Virus record (IMG/VR): IMGVR_UViG_3300032292_000618
Location: 32,001-96,000 of that record
From: a virus
Lineage: Duplodnaviria > Caudoviricetes
Length of the DNA: 64,000 nt
Direction: 5' to 3' (one strand)
Shown: positions 1 through 10,199 of the stretch, in pieces
Layout: each line of letters starts with the position of its first letter
How positions within the stretch are numbered: position 1 is the stretch's first letter
Translations under genes and position numbers: made by a program
Notes under the pieces: model-generated
The model's input: the letters and a program-made list of their open reading frames with translations, nothing else
The model's database searches: none
Told to the model about the DNA's origin: nothing

Positions 1-2
1 AA

Positions 3-458
3 TCAAAACCATCTGATACTAGAATAACAAAAAAAGAACCTATCAGCAATGTTTCTGGAAAAGATAGAATATCTAGAGAAGTGAAGTTGCAAAAACAATC
101 TAATATGATGAATCTTGCGTTAAAAAATCCAGATGGGTATAGATCAAAAGGTTCTTCTCCTTTACCAAGAACAAAAACAGAACAAAAAAACTTCAATCAA
201 TTTATGATTGAAGTTGCAGCATGGCAAAAAAAGGAAGGTAAGAATAGAGAAGGTGGATTAAATGAGAAAGGAAGAAAATCCTATGAAAATGAAAATCCAG
301 GATCAGATCTTAAGGCACCTTCAAAGAAAGTTGGTAATCCTCGTAGAGCATCATTCTGTGCTCGTATGTCAGGGATGAAGAGAAAGTTAACTAGTGCAAA
401 GACTGCTAGAGATCCAGATAGCAGAATCAATAAGTCCCTTAGAGCTTGGAACTGCTGA
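3..458 (+). CDS. C-terminal part of a basic phage protein (frame open from the window edge); ends in an RRASFCARM...WNC module common in T4-like phages
   Basis: Frame 3 has no stop from position 3 to TGA 456-458; internal KNFNQFMIE resembles a capsid-targeting/cleavage motif. Confidence 0.6.
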   Translation, partial: SKPSDTRITKKEPISNVSGKDRISREVKLQKQSNMMNLALKNPDGYRSKGSSPLPRTKTEQKNFNQFMIEVAAWQKKEGKNREGGLNEKGRKSYENENPGSDLKAPSKKVGNPRRASFCARMSGMKRKLTSAKTARDPDSRINKSLRAWNC

Positions 459-460
459 TC

Positions 461-775
461 ATGAAAAGTTACAAACAGTTTATTTCAGAAAGCATTACTA
501 TTCAAGGTGACTTTAATGGAACTTTGAACATTGGATCTCAACCAACTCAACAAAAAGTTGGAGAAGAATTTGCTGTAGATTTTGTTTGGCAAGGTAGCAT
601 CTACAGAGTGGAAATGGTAACTAATGATAGAATCCCATCAAAGAATGAATTAACAGAGCATCTCCAGAATGAATATCCTGGTGCAATCATTCATCACATT
701 TATCCTGCAACTCCTAAATCATCAAACATTACAAAGGTAAATAGGTATCATCCAGCAAAATTAGAGTGGATTTAA
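461..775 (+). CDS. Conserved cyanophage hypothetical protein preceding the terminase
   Basis: ATG at 461 gives MKSYKQFISES...; ends Y-x-P type C-terminus. Confidence 0.6.
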   Translation: MKSYKQFISESITIQGDFNGTLNIGSQPTQQKVGEEFAVDFVWQGSIYRVEMVTNDRIPSKNELTEHLQNEYPGAIIHHIYPATPKSSNITKVNRYHPAKLEWI

Positions 776-778
776 TTT

Positions 779-2521
779 ATGGCTATTTGGAATAAAATTG
801 ATCAAGATTATTTAAATCAGGAAAGATCTCTATTTGAAGTTTATAATGTAGCAACTAAAGATGGTAATCAGGTTTCTTTTGAGAACCCATTTCCAGTATC
901 TCTTGGAAGTTCAAGTATTACAATTAATGGAAGCATTACAATTCCAACAACTGTAAGTGTTGCAAGTTCTGCTGCAAATCCAGTTCATACTCATATTACT
1001 CAAATTGGTTCAAGTGGTCTTTTAGAAGACGAAGGTATTCCATATATGCCTATTGGTATTGGAACTGCACAAAATCTAAATCTTTCATATCTTCCAGTTG
1101 GCATTTCCACATTACTGAATACTGTATCAATCTCAAATACAAGTTTTTATGTCTTAAATCCTGTTACAACAGTCGCAGTATCAGGTATTGGTTCTACTGT
1201 TACAGTTCAAGGGACAGTAGGAATTGGAACAACGGGGCAAGTATCAATCAACCTCAACAATTCACCAGTCAGCACCACAAATCCATTTCCTGTTACTGGA
1301 ACTGTTGATATTGAATTACCACCAATAGCAACTGATGCATTTGGAAGATTAAGAACTTCAACTCCACTTACACTTTTTGATAGTTCCCACAGATACAGAG
1401 ACAATAATCTTTGGAGTAGTTTAGTTGTAGGAACTGGTTCAACAGTTGGATTTGTAACAGCACAAGGTTTAGTCAATATTAGTATAGGAACTACTGCTGG
1501 ATGTTCTGTGATTAGGGAAACCACAAAAGTATTCTCTTATCAACCAGGAAAATCATTACAGGTATTGAATACATTTGTAATGAACCCAGCAAAAGCAAAT
1601 CTTCGTCAAAGAGTAGGATACTTTGGTGCAGATAATGGAATGTATCTGGAACTTGATGGAAGCACTTTATATTTTGCGGAAAGAAGTTTATCTACTGGAA
1701 CAACAACACAAATTTCGCAACATAACTGGAATATTGATACGATGCTTGGTGCAGGACATCTCAATCCATCTGGTGTTACATTAGATATTTCCAAAGCACA
1801 AATTTTGTGGATGGATATTGAATGGTTAGGACTTGGAACAGTAAGAATGGGTTTTGTAATTGATGGAAAATTTATTCACTGCCATTCATTCCACCACGCA
1901 AACTTAATTACATCAACTTATATTACAACAGCATCATTACCTTTGAGATATGAGATTGCAAATACTGGAATTACAACAAGTTCAAGCACACTGAAACAAG
2001 TTTGTTCTAGTGTAATTTCAGAGGGTGGTTATGAACTTCGTGGAATACAGCAGGCAGTAGGAACACCAGTCCAAACACCAGTTGATTTAACAACAGCAGG
2101 AACTTATTATACAGTTGTATCAATTCGTCTTAAAGCAACACCAAATAGATTAGATGCAATTGTAATTATGACTGCACTTTCTATTCTAGGCATTACAAAT
2201 AATGCAACTTATAACTGGCAAGTAAGAGCATCTGGAGCATCTAGTGGTGCAACTTGGACTGATGCTGGTGTTGATAGTGCTGTTGAATATAAGATTGGTG
2301 AGGGAACTTATACTGGCGGAAGAATACTAGCATCTGGATATGCATATGGTTCTAATCAAGGTTCAACATCCATAGATATTCTTAAAGAGGCATTATTTAA
2401 GTTTCAGTTGGAAAGGGATGCATTAACAGGAACACCTTATGAACTTTCTATTGTATGTGCTTCTAGTGCTAATGGTGCAGATATTCATGCATCAATGGAC
2501 TGGGAAGAGATTAGTAGGTAA
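779..2521 (+). CDS. Probable virion structural protein (G/S/T-rich, beta-rich)
   Basis: 580 aa; DAFGRLRTS, RYQPGKS-like and WLGLG motifs; repeated GIGT/GIST. Confidence 0.6.
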   Translation: MAIWNKIDQDYLNQERSLFEVYNVATKDGNQVSFENPFPVSLGSSSITINGSITIPTTVSVASSAANPVHTHITQIGSSGLLEDEGIPYMPIGIGTAQNLNLSYLPVGISTLLNTVSISNTSFYVLNPVTTVAVSGIGSTVTVQGTVGIGTTGQVSINLNNSPVSTTNPFPVTGTVDIELPPIATDAFGRLRTSTPLTLFDSSHRYRDNNLWSSLVVGTGSTVGFVTAQGLVNISIGTTAGCSVIRETTKVFSYQPGKSLQVLNTFVMNPAKANLRQRVGYFGADNGMYLELDGSTLYFAERSLSTGTTTQISQHNWNIDTMLGAGHLNPSGVTLDISKAQILWMDIEWLGLGTVRMGFVIDGKFIHCHSFHHANLITSTYITTASLPLRYEIANTGITTSSSTLKQVCSSVISEGGYELRGIQQAVGTPVQTPVDLTTAGTYYTVVSIRLKATPNRLDAIVIMTALSILGITNNATYNWQVRASGASSGATWTDAGVDSAVEYKIGEGTYTGGRILASGYAYGSNQGSTSIDILKEALFKFQLERDALTGTPYELSIVCASSANGADIHASMDWEEISR

Positions 2522-2523
2522 TT

Positions 2524-4173
2524 ATGGCTGATAATATTTACTTAGGTAATCCCCTTTTAAAAAAGGCAAATACCTCAATTGATTTTTCACAAGAACAAAT
2601 TATTGAATTTGTTAAGTGTAAGAATGACCCTGTTTACTTTGCAAAAAATTATGTTCAAATTGTTACACTAGATCATGGACTACAACTTTTTAAACCTTAC
2701 GATTTTCAAGAGAAGTTAATTAAAAACTTCCATGATCACAGATTCAATATTTGTAAGATGCCTCGTCAAACAGGTAAATCTACAACTGTTGTTTCTTATC
2801 TTTTACATTATGCAATTTTTAATGATAATGTAAATATTGCAATTCTGGCTAACAAAGCATCAACTGCAAGAGATTTGCTCAATAGATTGCAAACTGCATA
2901 TGAAAATTTACCTAAATGGTTACAACAGGGAATTTTAGCATGGAATAAAGGTTCTATGGAATTGGAAAATGGATCAAAGATATTGGCTGCTTCTACATCT
3001 GCATCTGCTGTTCGTGGTGGATCCTATAATATCATATTTCTTGATGAGTTCGCATTTATTCCAAACCATATTGCAGACCAATTCTTTGCCTCTGTTTATC
3101 CTACTATCTCGTCTGGTACAAAAACTAAAGTAATTATGGTTTCAACCCCTCATGGGATGAATCATTTTTATAGATATTGGCATGATGCTGAAAGAGGCAA
3201 AAACCAATATGTAGCAACAGAAGTTCATTGGTCAGAAGTTCCAGGAAGAGATACTGAATGGAAAAAGCAAACTATTGCAAACACCAGTGAACAACAATTT
3301 AAAGTAGAATTTGAATGTGAATTTTTAGGATCAGTAGATACTTTAATTGCGCCAAGTAAATTAAAAAGTCTAGTATATGATGATCCAATAAAAAGAAGTA
3401 AAGGATTAGATGTTTATCAAGAATATAAAGATGGACACGATTATTTAATTACTGTCGATGTTGCCAGAGGAGTTGGTGGTGACTATTCTGCTTTTGTAGT
3501 ATATGACATAACTGAGTTTCCACATATTATAGTAGCAAAATATAGGAATAATGAAATTAAACCTATGATTTTCCCAAACATTATTCATGAGGTTGCAAAG
3601 GCATATAATAGTGCATTTATTTTATGTGAGGTGAATGATGTTGGTGATCAAGTAGCAGCAATCATTCAATATGATTTAGAGTACCAAAATCTTCTTATGT
3701 GTTCCATGAGAGGTAGAGCTGGTCAAATTGTTGGGCAAGGTTTTTCTGGAAAGAAAACTCAACTTGGACTTAAGATGTCTAAGACAGTTAAGAAAGTTGG
3801 ATGTCTTAATTTGAAGACAATGATTGAGGAAGACAAACTTATATTCAATGATTATGAAATTATTAGTGAGCTGACAACTTTTATACAAAAACATAACTCA
3901 TTTGAAGCAGAAGAAGGTTGTAATGATGACCTCGCTATGTGTTTGGTAATCTATGCTTGGTTAGTTGCTCAAGATTATTTTAAAGAACTCACTGAGCAGG
4001 ATGTAAGAAAAAGACTATATGAAGAACAAAAGAATCAAATAGAACAAGATATGTCTCCATTTGGGTTTATTGTTGATGGAACAGAAAGAAGTGCAGTAGA
4101 AATAGACTCTGAAGGAGATGTTTGGCACACTGATGAGTATGGAGATATGTCATATATGTGGGACTACAGGTAA
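2524..4173 (+). CDS. gp17: Terminase large subunit (T4 gp17)
   Basis: PRQTGKST Walker A, IFLDEFAF Walker B, VDVARG and DDLAM nuclease motifs. Confidence 0.97.
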   Translation: MADNIYLGNPLLKKANTSIDFSQEQIIEFVKCKNDPVYFAKNYVQIVTLDHGLQLFKPYDFQEKLIKNFHDHRFNICKMPRQTGKSTTVVSYLLHYAIFNDNVNIAILANKASTARDLLNRLQTAYENLPKWLQQGILAWNKGSMELENGSKILAASTSASAVRGGSYNIIFLDEFAFIPNHIADQFFASVYPTISSGTKTKVIMVSTPHGMNHFYRYWHDAERGKNQYVATEVHWSEVPGRDTEWKKQTIANTSEQQFKVEFECEFLGSVDTLIAPSKLKSLVYDDPIKRSKGLDVYQEYKDGHDYLITVDVARGVGGDYSAFVVYDITEFPHIIVAKYRNNEIKPMIFPNIIHEVAKAYNSAFILCEVNDVGDQVAAIIQYDLEYQNLLMCSMRGRAGQIVGQGFSGKKTQLGLKMSKTVKKVGCLNLKTMIEEDKLIFNDYEIISELTTFIQKHNSFEAEEGCNDDLAMCLVIYAWLVAQDYFKELTEQDVRKRLYEEQKNQIEQDMSPFGFIVDGTERSAVEIDSEGDVWHTDEYGDMSYMWDYR

Positions 4174-4184
4174 ACTTAGAAATT

Positions 4185-4192
4185 TATAAATA
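4185..4192 (+). promoter_or_regulatory. T4-type late promoter TATAAATA
   Basis: Exact TATAAATA upstream of gp18. Other exact copies at 8728, 10147, 23242, 24404, 24472, 35002, 36250, 42596 and 45791. Confidence 0.85.
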
Positions 4193-4228
4193 CTTTTAGA
4201 GCAAAACTGAAGCATTAGAGGAGTCAAA

Positions 4229-6382
4229 ATGGCTTTAAGCTTATCATCTCCAGGGATTAGCGTAAGGGAAGTAGATTTAACTAGAGGTGGTATTCAAAAT
4301 ACCTCTTCAATATCTGCAGGAATTGCAGCACCTTTCGCGAAAGGACCTGTTAATCAGATTATTACTATTAGAAATGAAGATGAATTAAAAAGAGTTTTTG
4401 GAACTCCATCTATCAACAATTATCATTATGAGTATTGGTATTCAGCATCAAACTTCCTGTCATATGGAGGAAGTTTACAAGTAGTAAGATGTAATGGAAC
4501 TGATCTCAAAAATGCTAATGCTGGTGTTGGAGTAGGTTCAACAGCACTCAAAATTGAAAATTATGATGTTTATAAAGAAACTTATGAAAATTCAACAGCA
4601 TTCTATTGGGCAGCAAGAGAACCTGGATATTGGGCAGAAGAGTTAAAAGTTTGTGTTATTGACTATCTTGCAGACCAAACTCTTTCTGGAATCAATACTA
4701 CTGGAGTTAGTGTTGGATATGGAGTTACTCAAACATTAACTGGAACTATTGCTGGAGTTGGAACAACTTCAGTAGCATCTGGATTCTTAAAGGGAATCAT
4801 TACTGGGGTAGGTTCTTCAGAACTTTATGTTAGAGTAGTTTCTAAAGTTGTTGGTGGTGTAGAGACTACTCAAAACTATACAGAAAATAGTTCTTATTCA
4901 TTCACAGCAGCATCTTTAAATGTAGTTAATAATGCTGGGACCACAGCATCAACAGCAACTCCTTCTAGGGTCAATGATTGGTACAATAGTCAAAATATCC
5001 TAGACATTGCAAAAGGTGATTCAGCAACTATTCCATGGAAGAGTATTGCTCCAAAACCAACCACTAATGCTTATGTGACAGAAAGAGGTGGTTCTAATGA
5101 TGCAATGCATATTGTTGTTATTGATAGCAAAAAGTCAGGAAACATTTCAGGAACATCTCAAACTATTCTTGAGAAGTTTGTAAACCTATCAAAAGCTACA
5201 GATGCTACAATTTCTCCATCAACTAAAATTTATTATAGAGATTATATTGGATTAAATTCCAGATACATTTTTGCAGGTAAATCTCTTGGAAATGCTACAG
5301 ATTCTTACTGGGGCATAGATCCAGTTGCAGTTAAATTCTCATCAGCATTTACTGTACAATCAGAAACTGCAGGATATTGGGGAGTAGAATCAGAAAATAC
5401 TACATTTAACTCAATTGGCAATGCTTCATTTACTTTAAGTAATGGTAAAGATTATAATGGAGCAGAAGGAGGGTTCTTAGTATCACTATCAGATCTTACT
5501 ACAGCATATGATAGATTTGCTAATGATGCTGAAGTAGATATTACTTATTTACTTCAAGGTGGAGCTTCTTTAAGTAAGGAAGAAGAGCAAGCTAAAGCTA
5601 ACAAACTGATTAGTATTGCAGAGACTAGAAAAGATTGTATTGCATTTATTTCTCCATCAAGAGGCACTGTTGTAAATGTTGTCCCACAATCTACTCAACT
5701 TGATAATGTTCTTTCATTCTTCAGTCCACTATCATCCTCATCATATGCAGTATTTGACAGTGGATATCAATATGTTTATGACAGATTTAATCAACAGTTT
5801 GTCTACATCCCATGTTCATCTGACATTGCAGGACTGTGTGTTAGAACTGATCTAAATCAATTCCCCTGGTATTCTCCAGCAGGAAAAACTAGAGGTTCTC
5901 TGAAATTTACAATTAAATTAGCATACAACCCAGGTCAATCCGATAGAGATGAGCTATATGCTCAAAGAATTAATCCTATCATTTCTTCTCCAGGATCTGG
6001 AATTATCCTATTTGGAGATAAAACTGCACTATCTTATCAATCCGCATTTGATAGAATCAATGTTAGAAAACTCTTTATTGCTATTGAACAAGCAGTAGAA
6101 TCTGCTGCAGATGATCAATTATTTGAATTTAATGATGCAACCACAAGAGCAAACTTCATTAACATTGTTGAACCATACTTAAGAGATGTACAAGTTAAGA
6201 GAGGAATTAGTGATTACTTGTTAATTTGTGATGAATCAAATAACACTCCAGATGTAATTGATAGAAATGAATTTATTGCTGATATTTATGTGAAACCTGC
6301 AAGATCAATTAACTTTATTGGTCTTACATTTGTTGCCACCAGAACTGGGGTTTCATTTGAGACAGTTGTAGGTACAGTTTAA
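4229..6382 (+). CDS. gp18: Tail sheath protein (gp18)
   Basis: SPGISVREVDLT N-terminus, PWYSPAG, FGDKT, FDRINVR, KPARSINFI. Confidence 0.97.
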   Translation: MALSLSSPGISVREVDLTRGGIQNTSSISAGIAAPFAKGPVNQIITIRNEDELKRVFGTPSINNYHYEYWYSASNFLSYGGSLQVVRCNGTDLKNANAGVGVGSTALKIENYDVYKETYENSTAFYWAAREPGYWAEELKVCVIDYLADQTLSGINTTGVSVGYGVTQTLTGTIAGVGTTSVASGFLKGIITGVGSSELYVRVVSKVVGGVETTQNYTENSSYSFTAASLNVVNNAGTTASTATPSRVNDWYNSQNILDIAKGDSATIPWKSIAPKPTTNAYVTERGGSNDAMHIVVIDSKKSGNISGTSQTILEKFVNLSKATDATISPSTKIYYRDYIGLNSRYIFAGKSLGNATDSYWGIDPVAVKFSSAFTVQSETAGYWGVESENTTFNSIGNASFTLSNGKDYNGAEGGFLVSLSDLTTAYDRFANDAEVDITYLLQGGASLSKEEEQAKANKLISIAETRKDCIAFISPSRGTVVNVVPQSTQLDNVLSFFSPLSSSSYAVFDSGYQYVYDRFNQQFVYIPCSSDIAGLCVRTDLNQFPWYSPAGKTRGSLKFTIKLAYNPGQSDRDELYAQRINPIISSPGSGIILFGDKTALSYQSAFDRINVRKLFIAIEQAVESAADDQLFEFNDATTRANFINIVEPYLRDVQVKRGISDYLLICDESNNTPDVIDRNEFIADIYVKPARSINFIGLTFVATRTGVSFETVVGTV

Positions 6383-6402
6383 TTTAAATCGGAGAAACTA
6401 AC

Positions 6403-7053
6403 ATGGCTAGATTTCAAGACAGAACTATTGATGCCTTTAAAACAAAATTAAAGGGAGGTGGTGCACGCAGTAACTTATTTGAAGTTACTTTTGACAGTAA
6501 TAATTCTGGAGCAAGTGGTGGTGTTCCAAGTGGAAGATTTTTCCAGGAAATTGGAATTTCATTTGATCAGGGAGATCTAATGTTGATTAAGGCAGCTAGT
6601 ATGCCTGCATCAACTATTGCTGAAATTCCAGTTCCTTTTAGAGGTAGAACTCTTAAGATTGCTGGAGACAGAACCTTTGATGTTTGGACAATCACAGTCA
6701 TTAATGACACTGATTTCAGATGGAGAAGCTTTTTTGAAAGATGGATGAATTTCATCACTAAAGTATCTGATGGGTCTGGAACTATCTCTCCTTCTGATTA
6801 CATGACAGACATGAGTGTGTCACAACTCTCAAGAGGTCCTGTAGGTTCATTGGGAACCAGAGGAGACCAAAATGCCACTGAAATTCAAGTTTTAAGAAAG
6901 TACACTGTTCATGGTGTATTTCCAACCAGTGTTTCTGCTATTGATTTATCATATAACAATGAAAATGAAATTGAAGAATTTACTGTAGATCTTCAAGTTC
7001 AATGGTGGGAAGCTAATGATGCTGCAGGATTAGCTAACTCCAGCATAGTCTAA
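6403..7053 (+). CDS. gp19: Tail tube protein (gp19)
   Basis: GGARSNLFEV, VPFRGRTLKIAGDRTF, IEEFTV. Confidence 0.95.
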   Translation: MARFQDRTIDAFKTKLKGGGARSNLFEVTFDSNNSGASGGVPSGRFFQEIGISFDQGDLMLIKAASMPASTIAEIPVPFRGRTLKIAGDRTFDVWTITVINDTDFRWRSFFERWMNFITKVSDGSGTISPSDYMTDMSVSQLSRGPVGSLGTRGDQNATEIQVLRKYTVHGVFPTSVSAIDLSYNNENEIEEFTVDLQVQWWEANDAAGLANSSIV

Positions 7054-7079
7054 ATACTATTACAGTTTAAAATTATACA

Positions 7080-8732
7080 ATGGCAAGACTTTTTGGGTTT
7101 TCACTTGAAGACGATAATAAATTACCAAAAGAAGCGATCTCCCCTGTCCCAGATAATAATGAGGATGGGGTTGATTATTATTTAACTAGTGGTTTTTATG
7201 GTCAATATGTAGATATTGAAGGTGTTTATAGAAATGAATATGATTTAATCAAAAGATATAGGGAGATGGCTCTTCATCCAGAGTGTGATAGTGCTATTGA
7301 AAATGTAGTTAATGAGGCTATTGTAAGTGATCTTAATGATTCTCCAGTTGAAATTGAATTAAGTAATTTAAATGCTAGTGATGGTTTAAAGAAAATCATT
7401 AGACAAGAATTTAAATACATTAAAGATCTTATGGATTTTGATAAAAAATCTCATGAGATCTTTAAGAATTGGTACGTAGATGGAAGAATTTTATATCATA
7501 AAGTTATAGACTTGAAAAAACCAGAAGAAGGTATTCAAGACATTAGATTTATGGATGCCTTGAAAACTAAATTTATCAGAAAGGAAAAGAAAAGATCTGA
7601 TAATTATGCTGGAGTTTATAACAACAGACAAGAAGCTTCTGATTTCAATGAACCAGAAATAGAAGAATATTTTCTGTATTTTCCTCTAGGACACATCCAA
7701 AAAACTGCTGCAGCAAACAAAGGAATTCCCATTTCAAAAGATGCAGTTACCTTTGTAACATCTGGTCTTGTAGATAGAAATAGGCAACTTACTCTTTCTT
7801 ATCTACATAAAGCAATTAAAGCACTCAATCAATTAAGGATGATTGAAGATGCGCTTGTTATCTACAGACTTTCTAGAGCACCAGAAAGAAGAATCTTTTA
7901 CATTGATGTAGGCAACCTTCCTAAGGTAAAGGCAGAGCAATACCTTAGAGATGTGATGAATCGCTATAGAAATAAACTAGTGTATGATGCAAGCACTGGT
8001 GAAATGAGGGACGATAAGAAGTTCATGAGTATGATGGAAGACTTCTGGTTGCCTCGTAGAGAAGGTGGCAGAGGCACTGAAATCACTACTCTTCCAGGTG
8101 GTCAAAATCTTGGAGAGTTAACTGATGTTCAGTATTTCCAAAAGAAACTATTCAGAGCATTGAATGTTCCTGAGTCGAGAACTGCATCAGATGGAGGATT
8201 TAATCTAGGAAGATCATCTGAAATTCTTAGAGATGAACTGATGTTTGGTAAGTTTGTAGGAAGACTAAGAAAGAGATTTAGCAATGTTTTCCATGACATG
8301 CTAAAAACTCAGTTAATCTTAAAAAATATTGTAACCCCAGAAGATTGGGACAAAATGAGTGATCATATTCAATATGATTATCTCTATGATGGTCATTTTT
8401 CCGAGTTAAAAGATACTGAGTTGATGAATGAGAGACTCAATCTTATGGTTGCTATTGAACCTTATATTGGAACTTACTATTCAAGAGATTATGTAAGAAG
8501 AAAAATTCTAAGGCAGACTGATCAAGAAATCTTTGATGAAGATAATTTAATTAAAAAGGAAATTAAAGATGGATTGTATATAGATCCAAAATTAATGCCA
8601 CCAGTAGGTCCAGATGGTATGCCTTTAGATCCAATGGCAGCAGGAAATGAACCTATGGGAGTGGCACCAAAAGAACCAGATACTCTATCCACTGATAATA
8701 AAATTACAAATATCAAGGGAGCTGAGATATAA
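7080..8732 (+). CDS. gp20: Portal vertex protein (gp20)
   Basis: YRLSRAPERRIFYIDVGNLP, EDFWLPRREGGRGTEITTLPGG. Confidence 0.98.
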   Translation: MARLFGFSLEDDNKLPKEAISPVPDNNEDGVDYYLTSGFYGQYVDIEGVYRNEYDLIKRYREMALHPECDSAIENVVNEAIVSDLNDSPVEIELSNLNASDGLKKIIRQEFKYIKDLMDFDKKSHEIFKNWYVDGRILYHKVIDLKKPEEGIQDIRFMDALKTKFIRKEKKRSDNYAGVYNNRQEASDFNEPEIEEYFLYFPLGHIQKTAAANKGIPISKDAVTFVTSGLVDRNRQLTLSYLHKAIKALNQLRMIEDALVIYRLSRAPERRIFYIDVGNLPKVKAEQYLRDVMNRYRNKLVYDASTGEMRDDKKFMSMMEDFWLPRREGGRGTEITTLPGGQNLGELTDVQYFQKKLFRALNVPESRTASDGGFNLGRSSEILRDELMFGKFVGRLRKRFSNVFHDMLKTQLILKNIVTPEDWDKMSDHIQYDYLYDGHFSELKDTELMNERLNLMVAIEPYIGTYYSRDYVRRKILRQTDQEIFDEDNLIKKEIKDGLYIDPKLMPPVGPDGMPLDPMAAGNEPMGVAPKEPDTLSTDNKITNIKGAEI

Positions 8733-8755
8733 ATAATTCAAAATACTATTTTTTT

Positions 8756-8923
8756 ATGGAATCTACTGCTGAATTAATGGACATGATACTTACTGATGGA
8801 TCTCCTGAGGAAGTTTCAGATAAGATTAAAGAAATTCTCTACACTAAGTCATCTGAAATAATTGATGGATTAAAACCCGTAGTATCTAAAAATATGTTTT
8901 CCTCTATGCTTGATGAGGAGTAA
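8756..8923 (+). CDS. Small acidic protein (55 aa) between portal and protease; probable prohead core protein (missing from the ORF track)
   Basis: MESTAELMDMILTDGSPEEVSDKIKEILYTKSSEIIDGLKPVVSKNMFSSMLDEE; late promoter at 8728. Confidence 0.7.
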   Translation: MESTAELMDMILTDGSPEEVSDKIKEILYTKSSEIIDGLKPVVSKNMFSSMLDEE

Positions 8924-8960
8924 TACAATTAATAAATAATTAATATAAGTCCACATAAGT

Positions 8961-9491
8961 ATGTCATACAAAATAGTACAGACACTAGCACCAATTACAA
9001 GTGCTGGTGCAGCATCTACACAAAGTGCTGCAATCACTCTTCAAAGTGGTTTTATTAGAATAGTTCCAGTTGGTGCTACTGTTGCTGTTTCTATTGGCAC
9101 TAATCCAACTGCAACAACTAGTGATTTTCCAATTTCTCAATATCAACCTGAAGTGTTGAAAGAAAGAGTTGCCAGACAAAAAATTTCAGGTATTACTACT
9201 GGAACAACAACTATTATTAGTTTTGGTGAAAATTCTGGAAATCCATTTATTGTTGGGGATCATGTATCTGTGAGTGGGTCTCAACCTGTAGGATTGAATA
9301 CTGATCACAATCAAATCATATCTAAAACTGATTCATCAATTACTATAGCATTTAATAGTAGTGCAGTTGGTGGAGCAGTTACTGTTACAAATGCAATTGT
9401 GGCAAGAAGTGTAAAAATTGCTGCATATGGATTGGGAGCAGTAGCAACAGGTGTTTACATTTCAGAAGTACAAACCACATCACAAGGATGA
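8961..9491 (+). CDS. Conserved hypothetical virion-associated protein
   Basis: 176 aa, S/T/G-rich, inside the head operon. Confidence 0.65.
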   Translation: MSYKIVQTLAPITSAGAASTQSAAITLQSGFIRIVPVGATVAVSIGTNPTATTSDFPISQYQPEVLKERVARQKISGITTGTTTIISFGENSGNPFIVGDHVSVSGSQPVGLNTDHNQIISKTDSSITIAFNSSAVGGAVTVTNAIVARSVKIAAYGLGAVATGVYISEVQTTSQG

Positions 9492-9493
9492 CC

Positions 9494-10144
9494 ATGAAAC
9501 TAATCACGGAAGAAATTGAATCAGTAGAAATTATTACTGAGGAAAAGAATGGTAAACAAACCCTGTACATTCAGGGACCATTTCTACAAGCAGAAGTAAC
9601 TAATAGAAATGGCAGATGCTATCCAATGGAAGTACTTGCTAGAGAAGTAACCAAATATAATGAAACTTTTATCAAGCAAGGTAGAGCACTTGGAGAACTT
9701 GGACATCCAGATGGTCCAACAGTAAATCTGGATAGAGTATCTCATATGATCACTAGCCTCAAGTCTGAGGGAAATAATTTTGTTGGTAAAGCAAAAATCC
9801 TTGATACCCCAATGGGCAACATTGCAAAATCACTTCTTGGGGAAGGAGTAAAGCTTGGAGTTTCTTCTAGAGGAATTGGTTCTTTAGTTGAAAGAAATGG
9901 AATTAAATATATTGGCGATGATTTTATGCTTGCAACTGCAGCAGATATAGTTGCAGATCCTTCAGCACCAGATGCATTTGTTGAAGGTATTATGGAAGGT
10001 AAAGAATGGGTTTGGGATGGTGGAATTTTGAAAGAAATGAATGCTCAACAAACAAAGCAAAAGATCGAAAGATTAGTAAAACAGAGAAAGTTAAATGAGC
10101 AAACAAAGCTCAAAGCATTTTCTGATTATCTCTTAAATCTTTAA
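9494..10144 (+). CDS. gp21: Prohead core protease (gp21)
   Basis: MKLITE start, ALGELGHP, GVSSRGIGS, DIVADPSAPDA. Confidence 0.96.
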   Translation: MKLITEEIESVEIITEEKNGKQTLYIQGPFLQAEVTNRNGRCYPMEVLAREVTKYNETFIKQGRALGELGHPDGPTVNLDRVSHMITSLKSEGNNFVGKAKILDTPMGNIAKSLLGEGVKLGVSSRGIGSLVERNGIKYIGDDFMLATAADIVADPSAPDAFVEGIMEGKEWVWDGGILKEMNAQQTKQKIERLVKQRKLNEQTKLKAFSDYLLNL

Positions 10145-10199
10145 ATTATAAATAAATATAGAATAAATCAAAAAAGAGATTTTTATTCGGAGCATACAA

